Source: a virus
Taxonomy: Duplodnaviria; Caudoviricetes
Virus record (IMG/VR): IMGVR_UViG_3300035497_000279
Coordinates: 64,001-128,000 of that record
Length of the DNA: 64,000 bases
Reading direction: 5' to 3' (one strand)
A model generated the notes under the pieces. The model ran no database searches. It was given only the letters and a program-made list of their open reading frames with translations, and had not been told where the DNA came from. Below, in pieces: positions 50,368-58,804 of the stretch. A program made the translations under genes and the position numbers. The stretch's first letter is position 1. Each line of letters starts with the position of its first letter.

Positions 50368-51633
50368 ATGTCTTCATTTGTTAGAAATATTGGTGGTAGT
50401 GCGTATACTGATGGGGATTCTGAATCTGGTGGTGGTTCGTCTGATTCTAAAGTGGTAAGATTTATTACTATAACTAAACCTCCGAATAAATTAGAATATG
50501 TTGATAATGAACCTTTAAATACTTCTGGATTAATTATATCTGCAATATTTGCTAATGGTAATACAGAAATCATTAGTGATTATACTACATCTCCTGCTAA
50601 TGAAGAAGCACTTACTCTAGGTAATAATACTGTCACTGTAACTTATACAGATCAAGATGGCTATGAATTAACTACATCATTTAATATAAAATACATTACA
50701 GGAATTATTGTTACCTCGCCTCCAGATCAAATTAAATATTATCCTGATGATGGTAATAATACTTTAGATCTTACTGGCATGATTGTATCTGCTTTATGTG
50801 ATGATAATTCAACTACTCCAATTACTGACTATACTACATCATTAAATAATGGTGATATAATTACTTTAGATACTGATTCTAATATTACAATTAGAGCCAC
50901 AATAGACGGAACAGAATTTACAACAACTCAAGAAATATTTATAGTATCAGCAGTAAGTTACTGGGCTACAAGTACCACAGAGGATATTGCAAGATTTTTA
51001 AAATGCGTAGATAAAAATATTTATGATATTAAATCATATTGGGTTGTTGGTGATGAAAGAGATATAACTATGGGAAATTCTCTACCAAATACAACTTATG
51101 TTGTAATGGATTTAGATGGTACTACATCTGGTGGAACTAAATATCATGCTGTTGTTGGAGAGAAAAACTCCACTATAATTAAAGACTGGGAATATGATAG
51201 TAATAATGATGGCGCATATCATGGATATACTTATAATACTGCTTGGTCAAAGTATTTTACAGATACATATGTACCAGCATTTCCAGAAGATATACTTTCA
51301 CTAATCATACCAAGTGATCATATGTGTGGGTATGTAAATGAATCTAAAGAAATATCTGGGGAAGTAATAACTGGAGTTTATTTTATTATACCTTCTGAAA
51401 AAGAAGTTTTTGGTGCTGATTCTAAAGGATTTGCATCACCAGTTGAAACTGCTGCATGTAAACAATTTGAATGGTATAAAACAAGCGCTAATAGATCAAA
51501 GAATGTATGGTTATGGTGGTTAAGATCTGTTTATGTTGCTAACTGGAGTTTATGTCCTACCGTATATGGAGGTAATCAATCTGCATCTAGTAGTGGAATG
51601 GGGGCTTACTTAGCTCCATTCGCATGTATATAA
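50368..51633 (+). CDS. adhesin paralog 6: 2 Ig-like domains + DUF6273-like tip
   Basis: Same architecture; WWLRS, LAPFACI. Confidence 0.75.
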   Translation: MSSFVRNIGGSAYTDGDSESGGGSSDSKVVRFITITKPPNKLEYVDNEPLNTSGLIISAIFANGNTEIISDYTTSPANEEALTLGNNTVTVTYTDQDGYELTTSFNIKYITGIIVTSPPDQIKYYPDDGNNTLDLTGMIVSALCDDNSTTPITDYTTSLNNGDIITLDTDSNITIRATIDGTEFTTTQEIFIVSAVSYWATSTTEDIARFLKCVDKNIYDIKSYWVVGDERDITMGNSLPNTTYVVMDLDGTTSGGTKYHAVVGEKNSTIIKDWEYDSNNDGAYHGYTYNTAWSKYFTDTYVPAFPEDILSLIIPSDHMCGYVNESKEISGEVITGVYFIIPSEKEVFGADSKGFASPVETAACKQFEWYKTSANRSKNVWLWWLRSVYVANWSLCPTVYGGNQSASSSGMGAYLAPFACI

Positions 51634-51652
51634 GGAGGTGGTAATAATTATT

Positions 51653-52888
51653 ATGTCTTCATTTGTTAGAAATATTGGTGTGGGCATAAGTAATCAATCT
51701 TCTTATTCTGGTGATTATGAAGTAGCAAGATTTATTAGCATGGATGCATTACCGACCAAAACGCTATACATTCCTGGAGAATCTTTAGATCTTTCTGGTG
51801 TATCAATAATAGCAAAGTATAATGATGGTACAAATAAAGAAATTACTGATTATACTACATCTCCTGCTAATCATGCTGCTCTTACTGAGAATGATACTAC
51901 TATTAATGTATCTTGGATTGCCGAAGATGGTTATGAATTAACCACGTCATTTGATATAAAATTCATAAAAGGTATTACTATTACATCACCCCCTACAAAA
52001 ACAGCTTATTTAATTTATACAAACTTAGATCTTTCTGGAATGGTAGTTGCCATTGAATATTACGATGGTACTCTAGTTCCAATTACTGATTATACTGTGT
52101 CACCAGTCGATGGTACAGTATTAGATATTGATAACTCATCAGTTACAATTACCACTACAATAAATGATACTGAATTCACTGTAGTTCAGGATATTTTTGT
52201 CGGATCTGCAATTGCATATTGGGGTACTAGTAGTGCTCAAGAAATATCTGACTATTTAAATTCTGTAGATAGAGGAGTATATAACATATCAGATTACTGG
52301 GCAGTTGGTGATGAAAGAGATATAACTCTTACAAAAGATAATAGCAATGTAACTGTTAAATACGTAATAGAAGATTTAGATGGTACTACATCTGGAGGAA
52401 CTAAATACCATGCTATTATTGGGCAAAAAGATAATAATATTAGTGGATTTAGTACTGGATATACTACTAGTGGTAGTATATACGTTGGGTATAATGATTC
52501 TCTTCTTAGGGATTTTATTGATAATACTTATACACCGGCATTCCCAGATGATATATTTTCATTAATTATACCAAGTGATCATGTGTCTGGGTATTATAGT
52601 GGCGGTCAATACTTATTACAAAATAACTCTAATGTGTATTTCATATTATATGCAGAAAAAGAAGTTTTTGGTGATAATGCATATAGATCAATACCAGACG
52701 AACTTAGTGCATGTAAACAATTTGAATACTTTAAAACAACTAGTAATAGAATAAAGACGAATGCATACTGGTTAAGATCTGCTCCCTATAATACTACTGG
52801 TGATTACTGTGGTAATGTAGATACTGTGTATGCTAATACATTTAGTTCTAATGGTGGCGAACCTGTTCTGCCATTCGCATGTATATAA
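51653..52888 (+). CDS. adhesin paralog 7: 2 Ig-like domains + DUF6273-like tip
   Basis: Same architecture; YWLRS, VLPFACI. Confidence 0.75.
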   Translation: MSSFVRNIGVGISNQSSYSGDYEVARFISMDALPTKTLYIPGESLDLSGVSIIAKYNDGTNKEITDYTTSPANHAALTENDTTINVSWIAEDGYELTTSFDIKFIKGITITSPPTKTAYLIYTNLDLSGMVVAIEYYDGTLVPITDYTVSPVDGTVLDIDNSSVTITTTINDTEFTVVQDIFVGSAIAYWGTSSAQEISDYLNSVDRGVYNISDYWAVGDERDITLTKDNSNVTVKYVIEDLDGTTSGGTKYHAIIGQKDNNISGFSTGYTTSGSIYVGYNDSLLRDFIDNTYTPAFPDDIFSLIIPSDHVSGYYSGGQYLLQNNSNVYFILYAEKEVFGDNAYRSIPDELSACKQFEYFKTTSNRIKTNAYWLRSAPYNTTGDYCGNVDTVYANTFSSNGGEPVLPFACI

Positions 52889-52897
52889 TATCATATA

Positions 52898-52921
52898 ACC
52901 ACCTAGCAAATGCTAGGTGGT
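52898..52921 (+). terminator. hairpin ACCACCTAGC-aaat-GCTAGGTGGT ending the adhesin array
   Basis: 10-bp stem followed by T-rich sequence. Confidence 0.75.
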
Positions 52922-53001
52922 ATCTATTTTGTTATATAGATGAATTTGAATTTATATAGACTAGAACTTTATAGTAAAATAAATCTAAGGAGGTAAGCAC
53001 A

Positions 53002-53865
53002 TTGACTATTACAAAAGCAGATACATATTATAAGAATACTTTATCCAATATACTTTCTTTTGGATGTATGGATATTAATCCTAGACCTAAATATTCTGAT
53101 GGTACACCTGCACATACAATAAGTATAAACCATGATATGCAAACTTATAATTTGCCTGCTGGTGATTCACCATTTGTAACTTTAAGACCTATATCAATTA
53201 AATCATCTATTGGAGAGATGCTTTGGATATATCAAGATCAATCTAATGATTTAGATCTTTTAAAAGAAAAGTATGGAATTACATGGTGGGATGAATGGGA
53301 TATCGGTAATCGTACTATAGGATCATGCTATGGAGAGACTATAAGAAGACATGATCTTATGAATCAATTATTGGAGGGTATTAAGAACGATCCAGATGGA
53401 AGAAGACACATAATAAATATGTGGCAGGTAGATGATTTTAAAGAAAAACATGGACTAAAACCATGTTGTTTTCAAACAGTATGGAATGTTAGACATAGTG
53501 AATCTGGAGTTACATATTTAGACATGTGTATGTTTCAGAGATCATCAGATTTTGCTGTAAGTTCACCAATCAATCTTTTACAATATATAGCATTATTGTA
53601 CATGGTTGCTGGGCATTTTAAATACACCCCTGGAAAATTCTCATATTTTATTGATAATATCCAGATATATGATCGTCATATATCACAAGTAAAAACTATT
53701 ATTAATAGAGAGCCATGTATGTTTGATGTTGATGATCAACCACATTTTGAAATTCCTCAGAAGAACTTTTATGATTATACTATAGATGATTTTAAAGTTG
53801 TTGGTTATCCAATGAGAGAAATTAAGGCAAAAAATCCACAGCTTAAATTTGATCTCGGTATTTAA
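53002..53865 (+). CDS. thyA: thymidylate synthase ThyA
   Basis: IWDEW-like TWWDEW, PDGRR, LKPCCFQ (catalytic Cys), QRSSDF, N-x-x-Q-Y, IYDRH; TTG start with AGGAGGT ribosome-binding site. Confidence 0.92.
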   Translation: MTITKADTYYKNTLSNILSFGCMDINPRPKYSDGTPAHTISINHDMQTYNLPAGDSPFVTLRPISIKSSIGEMLWIYQDQSNDLDLLKEKYGITWWDEWDIGNRTIGSCYGETIRRHDLMNQLLEGIKNDPDGRRHIINMWQVDDFKEKHGLKPCCFQTVWNVRHSESGVTYLDMCMFQRSSDFAVSSPINLLQYIALLYMVAGHFKYTPGKFSYFIDNIQIYDRHISQVKTIINREPCMFDVDDQPHFEIPQKNFYDYTIDDFKVVGYPMREIKAKNPQLKFDLGI

Positions 53866-53884
53866 TTTCACTAAGGAGGTTAGT

Positions 53885-54856
53885 ATGGGAAAACTACTTG
53901 ATACAATAAAAAATAAGATTGCTAAAACAAATGGGGATACTGTAATAGAAGACGATACAAAGTTGTATACAGAGATAATCTATAATACCAAACATAATAT
54001 GATTACACTAATATCATTTTCTAAAGATTATGCTCAACAGATGATTGAATTTCTTTCAGCTTGCTCAGCATCTGATATTAATTTTATCATGATGCAATCT
54101 TCTTTTGAAACTGATAATGATTCAGAGTCTAATGAAGAAGATGAATTTGCAATAAAGCCTGAGAAGATTAAACATCTTAGAAATTATATAATCATTTCTG
54201 GATCTTTATATTCATATAATGAATTATATAATAATATTGATAGTTTATCTAATGATATATTGCTTGCTATACAGAATGATATATACAATAAATGCTCATC
54301 ATCTGCATTTACTCAACAAATAGATGCTAATGTATTAGATCTTAATTTATTTAAACATAAGAAAATTGAACCTAAATATGATGAGGTATTAAGATTCGTA
54401 TCACTCCATTCAAACTTCCAAGCAACAAATTACAAGGCATTTATCAATAAAATACCAAATGGATTTTCTGATAAAGATATTTTGAGCATAATGAAATATG
54501 TTAGTTCTGATGATAATTATCATAAGAGTAATACATTTTTAGACTTTATTAACAAATATCAATCTATAAGTGATGAAGAAGGGTTCCTTCTTAATGACTG
54601 TATTGGTTTAGACATGTTTGGATTTATATGGTTTCCGTCATCTTGCTATATTAGGGATAAACTTGTCTCTATAGCAAATACACCAAAATACCTTATTCAA
54701 GACGAAGATAAGTTAATGAATAGTATAGATTATGAATCTTTAGATGATATATTTATGGAGAAGTATAATAGGTTCATGGCATTAACAGAATATAATGAAT
54801 ACGAAGACGTAGATACTGTTTTAAAAGAAGAGGAGAGTGATGATAATGGAGATTAA
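53885..54856 (+). CDS. hypothetical protein
   Basis: AGGAGG ribosome-binding site before ATG 53885. Confidence 0.65.
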   Translation: MGKLLDTIKNKIAKTNGDTVIEDDTKLYTEIIYNTKHNMITLISFSKDYAQQMIEFLSACSASDINFIMMQSSFETDNDSESNEEDEFAIKPEKIKHLRNYIIISGSLYSYNELYNNIDSLSNDILLAIQNDIYNKCSSSAFTQQIDANVLDLNLFKHKKIEPKYDEVLRFVSLHSNFQATNYKAFINKIPNGFSDKDILSIMKYVSSDDNYHKSNTFLDFINKYQSISDEEGFLLNDCIGLDMFGFIWFPSSCYIRDKLVSIANTPKYLIQDEDKLMNSIDYESLDDIFMEKYNRFMALTEYNEYEDVDTVLKEEESDDNGD

Positions 54857-55493
54857 GTCTAGTCTAATTAAACTCTGTGAATCATTTGACCATTGCTTTA
54901 TAGCCGAAAAACAAATAGATATGAATAGAAAGTTTATATCTTCATCTGATGATATATTTACTGATGCTAGTAATTATGATCATAAGATAGACAATGAAGG
55001 ATATATTGTTATAAGTAATATAGATGGTGCTAATTACGTAGTTTTCTTAGATAAGTATAAAGAACTTTATTTAGCCATATATCAATATACTCCCAAATCC
55101 GAATATCAAGATATTATCAATGCTGGAAATAGAATGAGAGAGAAACACATGATTGGGAAGAAACAGGACAAAAAAGAACCAGAAAAAACATCAGAGACAA
55201 AAAAAGTAAATGAATCACATGATAAAGAAATTGATTATAGTAAGCTTGTAGATATTAATAAGTTTACTAGATGCTTATCATGTAATACAGAACTTACTAG
55301 AGTAAAGGATAATAATTCATTTGTATATACATGTAACAAATGTAAATTAGAGTATACATTAGTTCCGTCAAGATACTATGTAATTAAATCAAGAAAGCAA
55401 TTTTATTCTGGTGAAAATGAATGTAAATTGCCAGACGCAAAAACAAATATGAACCAAAAAGAAGAAAGGACTACAAAAACTAATGCAACCTAA
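54846..55493 (+). CDS. hypothetical protein with C-terminal Zn ribbon
   Basis: CLSC..CNKC. Confidence 0.65.
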   Translation: MEIKSSLIKLCESFDHCFIAEKQIDMNRKFISSSDDIFTDASNYDHKIDNEGYIVISNIDGANYVVFLDKYKELYLAIYQYTPKSEYQDIINAGNRMREKHMIGKKQDKKEPEKTSETKKVNESHDKEIDYSKLVDINKFTRCLSCNTELTRVKDNNSFVYTCNKCKLEYTLVPSRYYVIKSRKQFYSGENECKLPDAKTNMNQKEERTTKTNAT

Positions 55494-55716
55494 TATAGAA
55501 GAATCAATAGCATTTACACTGAGACAAAAAAGAATAAGACCAACTGAACTCAATAAGAATCTTATGTTTAATAAGATAACCAAAATGTTACCACATATGG
55601 AAATGTCTACAATGGATAGACAAGCATATGATAGTTTAGAGACTAACATTTGGAATGAGTATTTTATTGCTAAAAACAAAGCTTTTGATTCTTTAATAGA
55701 ACATTTTGAAGAGTAA
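55483..55716 (+). CDS. hypothetical protein
   Basis: 77-aa ORF in operon; GAAAGGA ribosome-binding site. Confidence 0.6.
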   Translation: MQPNIEESIAFTLRQKRIRPTELNKNLMFNKITKMLPHMEMSTMDRQAYDSLETNIWNEYFIAKNKAFDSLIEHFEE

Positions 55717-55731
55717 TTGGAGGGTAAAGAT

Positions 55732-56232
55732 ATGGACAAAAGACTTTTTGCATATGATGTACCATCGAGTAGATTATTGAATATTAGGATTAAATACTTT
55801 GATGGAACAGCAGAAGAGTTAAATAAAATCACTAAAGGAGACTGGATTGATTTAAGAGCTGCTGAGGATGTAGTTTTACATCAGAATGATGAAGCGCTTA
55901 TTCGTTTAGGTGTAGCAATGGAACTTCCTAAAGGTTATGAAGCACATCTTACTCCTAGATCTTCTACATTTAAGAATTATGGAATTATACAGACTAATTC
56001 TATTGGTATCATTGATGGTTCTTATTGTGGAGATAATGATGAATGGATGATGCCAGTTATTTGTTTAAAGCCTAGAATGATTATCAACGATCTTCCTACA
56101 ACTATCATTAATAAAGGAGATAGAATTGCTCAATTCAGAGTTATAAAATCTCAGCCAAGAATTAATTTTATTAAAGTAAATTCACTTGGTAATGAAGATA
56201 GGAGTGGATTTGGATCTACAGGCATAAATTAG
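55732..56232 (+). CDS. dut: trimeric dUTPase
   Basis: Five motifs: WIDLRA, PRSS, GIIDGSYCG, GDRIAQ, RSGFGSTG. Confidence 0.92.
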   Translation: MDKRLFAYDVPSSRLLNIRIKYFDGTAEELNKITKGDWIDLRAAEDVVLHQNDEALIRLGVAMELPKGYEAHLTPRSSTFKNYGIIQTNSIGIIDGSYCGDNDEWMMPVICLKPRMIINDLPTTIINKGDRIAQFRVIKSQPRINFIKVNSLGNEDRSGFGSTGIN

Positions 56233-56248
56233 AAGGAGAGTAATAAAT

Positions 56249-57190
56249 ATGTACATTAAACCAATTAAAAAAGACAGATGTTATATATTTACAAACGATG
56301 AAGATAAAGATGGAGTATGTGTAATATTATTAGGAAGTGTTCATGGAGATGAGGTTTACCCATCAGTAGTATTAGAGAACGTTATAAACTATATGTCTAA
56401 TAACAACTTCCCATATAAAGTAAGCAAGCTTATTATTTATCCATTCATAAATATAACAGCTATTAGAAACAGATCGAGAGACTCAGTTTATCTTGCTGGT
56501 AATCTTAATGATTGTTGGGAAATTTATGATATAAGAAGTCATCTTAAGAATATTATTGATAAAGAATGCGAAGTTGGATCTCCAGTTGTACTTATTGATG
56601 TACATTCTTCCCCTGCAATAGAGCAGAGTATCTGTTTAAATATAACAGATCCTAATTGTGACAAGATAGAAGATGTAATTATATACTATAATAAACGCAA
56701 AAATCCAAAGATTAATATTATTAAGAGTCATAATGATGCTGAGACTATAAAGTCGTATGTCAATAATAATTATTACGATCATGCATTTGGAGTTACATTA
56801 GAAATTACAGAGGTAGGGCAGCAGATTCTTAATCATGATCGCATCATGTATGATTCAGATATTATAGTAAATATTATTAAATCATTTTCTGAATATTTTT
56901 ATGCTTACCTTGAAGGTTCTGAAGAAGAATTTGATCGTATAGAAAATGCAATAAACATTTGTTGTGGTAATAGTGGAATATTGGAATTCTCAGAAAATGC
57001 AATTAATTTTCTACCATATCTTTATCCAGACGAACAAATTGCAGAAATAAAAGATATAAAGAATTATCAAACTATTGAAGTAATTAAGACTCCTTGTCCT
57101 GGAAAATTAGTTTGTATGATTAAACAATTATATGTAAATGCGGGAGATACAATTGGTTTATACATACCCAAATCAACCAAAACGAGTTAA
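56249..57190 (+). CDS. AstE/AspA (M14-like) zinc hydrolase/deacylase
   Basis: LLGSVHGDE, P..N, NLN, LIDVHS, TLE motifs; C-terminal biotinyl/lipoyl-like domain (IKTPCPG..VNAGDTIG). Confidence 0.7.
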   Translation: MYIKPIKKDRCYIFTNDEDKDGVCVILLGSVHGDEVYPSVVLENVINYMSNNNFPYKVSKLIIYPFINITAIRNRSRDSVYLAGNLNDCWEIYDIRSHLKNIIDKECEVGSPVVLIDVHSSPAIEQSICLNITDPNCDKIEDVIIYYNKRKNPKINIIKSHNDAETIKSYVNNNYYDHAFGVTLEITEVGQQILNHDRIMYDSDIIVNIIKSFSEYFYAYLEGSEEEFDRIENAINICCGNSGILEFSENAINFLPYLYPDEQIAEIKDIKNYQTIEVIKTPCPGKLVCMIKQLYVNAGDTIGLYIPKSTKTS

Positions 57191-57194
57191 TCTA

Positions 57195-57208
57195 GACATT
57201 TATATAAT
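57195..57208 (+). promoter_or_regulatory. late promoter motif GACA-TTTATA-TAAT
   Basis: Upstream of 57229. Confidence 0.6.
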
Positions 57209-57228
57209 TAGAGGAGGTGATTCTAATT

Positions 57229-58023
57229 ATGATAAATGCTGAGTATGTGAATAAGGTTGAGAATATTTATACTAAAGACGGAGAAACCACACTAAAGATT
57301 AGTCAAGCTCCTAAATTTGATTATGAGCAATATGATCTAGATGATCCAAAAGACTTTAAACACTATGTAGATGATGTAGAAAGAATAGTAAGAAATTCTT
57401 TTGAATATCGTTCTATGATAAATTATCTTAAAAATACTGATGGTATGGATGAATGTAGTGTATTAGAAAATGTTACTTCAAGAGATAATTCTGGAGTAAA
57501 GATTGAAATACATCATTCACCTATGACATTATATGATATTTGTATGGCTGTTATTAAAAAGCGTAGAGCTAATAAAGAAAGCATGGATGTTAATGCTGTA
57601 GCATATGAGGTTATTTATAATCATTATGCCAAATGGGTTGGTCTAATCCCATTATCCACTACAGTACATGAGCTTACTCATAATGCATATTTCTTTGTGC
57701 CTGTAGATAAAGTATTTGGAGATTATAAACCTTTCAAAGAAGCATATTATAATTACATAGATCCTGCTGTTTTAGATTCAATAGATGCTGCTGAAGAAGA
57801 GACCGCAAACTATGATGGATCTCAGATGGAAATCTTTAATAATCATAAAATCTATATAGATAAAGATGATAATAACAGAGAGAAATTCTTTGGATTAAAA
57901 CCATTCATCAAAAATAGAATTGAAGATATTAAGTCTGGTAATAATAACACTCATGAAGCTTTAAAGATGCCAAAAGCTATGTGTTACATAGTAGATAACA
58001 CTAAACCCAGAACATACAAATAA
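57229..58023 (+). CDS. HNH-like protein of jumbo phages
   Basis: C..IEIHHSP..LIPLSTTVHELTH pattern; late promoter at 57195. Confidence 0.55.
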   Translation: MINAEYVNKVENIYTKDGETTLKISQAPKFDYEQYDLDDPKDFKHYVDDVERIVRNSFEYRSMINYLKNTDGMDECSVLENVTSRDNSGVKIEIHHSPMTLYDICMAVIKKRRANKESMDVNAVAYEVIYNHYAKWVGLIPLSTTVHELTHNAYFFVPVDKVFGDYKPFKEAYYNYIDPAVLDSIDAAEEETANYDGSQMEIFNNHKIYIDKDDNNREKFFGLKPFIKNRIEDIKSGNNNTHEALKMPKAMCYIVDNTKPRTYK

Positions 58024-58048
58024 ATCTAAATTTTAAGGAGGGAAAATC

Positions 58049-58663
58049 ATGTTTTTTAAAGACTCACTTTCATTGTTAGCTGAATGTGCGGCAATAGATT
58101 TATCTGCAAATACAGAAATGGCAGTCAATGAATCTCAGATTATTTCAGCATATAGTAGTATAGAAGAAGCATCTGAGGAAGTTGTCTATGCTCCTGAGAT
58201 GGTTCCTGTAGTTCGTGTAGGTAATGATTTACTTACAGAGATGCAGTACTTAGCTCCGTATATTCAGAATAACGATATTTCATCTGTTGCTGAAGCTCTT
58301 GATAATATTGCTGAGGCTAATAACTTGCCACCTAAATCAATTGGGTTATTGGTTGAATCTCAGGAATGTGTTACTGACATGATCGATCAGGCTATTGCTA
58401 AATCAGATAATGCTGGAAAGAAAATGTTAGGTAAAGTTAAGAAGGGTGAAGGTCTTATCGAGAAGCTTAAGAAGAAAGGCTTTACAGTAAAGAAGAAAAA
58501 GAGAAAGAAATCAGTAAAAGAGGGTTGTGGAGACTCTAAGAATGAATGCGGAGATAGACGCAAATCTGCAAAGAATGAAGAAGGAACTAATTCTGGAACA
58601 GACGCTCCGGGAGATGCAGTTGATGATACTAGTGATGTTAATAATGATGGTACAACCAACTAA
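58049..58663 (+). CDS. putative head-associated protein with basic and acidic tail
   Basis: VNES, LVES and VKEG motifs; Lys-rich KKKKRKK tract. Confidence 0.5.
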   Translation: MFFKDSLSLLAECAAIDLSANTEMAVNESQIISAYSSIEEASEEVVYAPEMVPVVRVGNDLLTEMQYLAPYIQNNDISSVAEALDNIAEANNLPPKSIGLLVESQECVTDMIDQAIAKSDNAGKKMLGKVKKGEGLIEKLKKKGFTVKKKKRKKSVKEGCGDSKNECGDRRKSAKNEEGTNSGTDAPGDAVDDTSDVNNDGTTN

Positions 58664-58668
58664 TAATA

Positions 58669-58694
58669 TAGGAGGTGGAGAAATCCACCTCCTA
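58669..58694 (+). terminator. hairpin TAGGAGGTGGA-gaaa-TCCACCTCCTA
   Basis: 11-bp stem with GNRA loop after 58663. Confidence 0.7.
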
Positions 58695-58804
58695 CCAATT
58701 TCGCTTATAATTATATATTATAAGAGTAATATAATGCAAATATAAAGTACTAAAAACTTATTAATAATCTTTTTAGTATACTTAAATGAAAGGAGGATAA
58801 AGAA

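Larger units (their letters stand above)
42536..51870 (+). repeat. dispersed 20-bp direct repeat TATACTACATCTCCTGCTAA in the Ig domains
   Basis: Perfect copies at 42536, 44822, 46647, 48799, 50581 and 51851 (six different genes); near copies at 46404, 49045 and 49537. Confidence 0.9.
43301..52422 (+). repeat. dispersed 50-bp direct repeat GATTTAGATGGTACTACATCTGGTGGAACTAAATATCATGCTATTATTGG in the adhesin tips
   Basis: Copies at 45371 and 48060 (identical), 46947 (1 mismatch), 51109 and 52373 (2 mismatches), 43301 (5 mismatches); degenerate copy at 49819. Confidence 0.9.

Noticed and set aside
42536-52422. CRISPR array or invertase shufflon suggested by the dispersed repeats
   Set aside because: Repeats are in-frame within long ORFs, irregularly spaced by hundreds of bases to kilobases, and all in direct orientation; no cas or recombinase gene seen
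41861-52888. Diversity-generating retroelement acting on the lectin-like tips
   Set aside because: No reverse transcriptase in the window, and I found no non-coding template repeat differing only at adenines; paralog differences involve all bases and indels. A remote DGR elsewhere in the genome cannot be excluded
53002-53865. ThyA homolog as a base-modifying enzyme (e.g. dCMP hydroxymethylase)
   Set aside because: Keeps the Asn of the dUMP-specific motif (INLLQY) and resembles ordinary ThyA; no modification genes nearby
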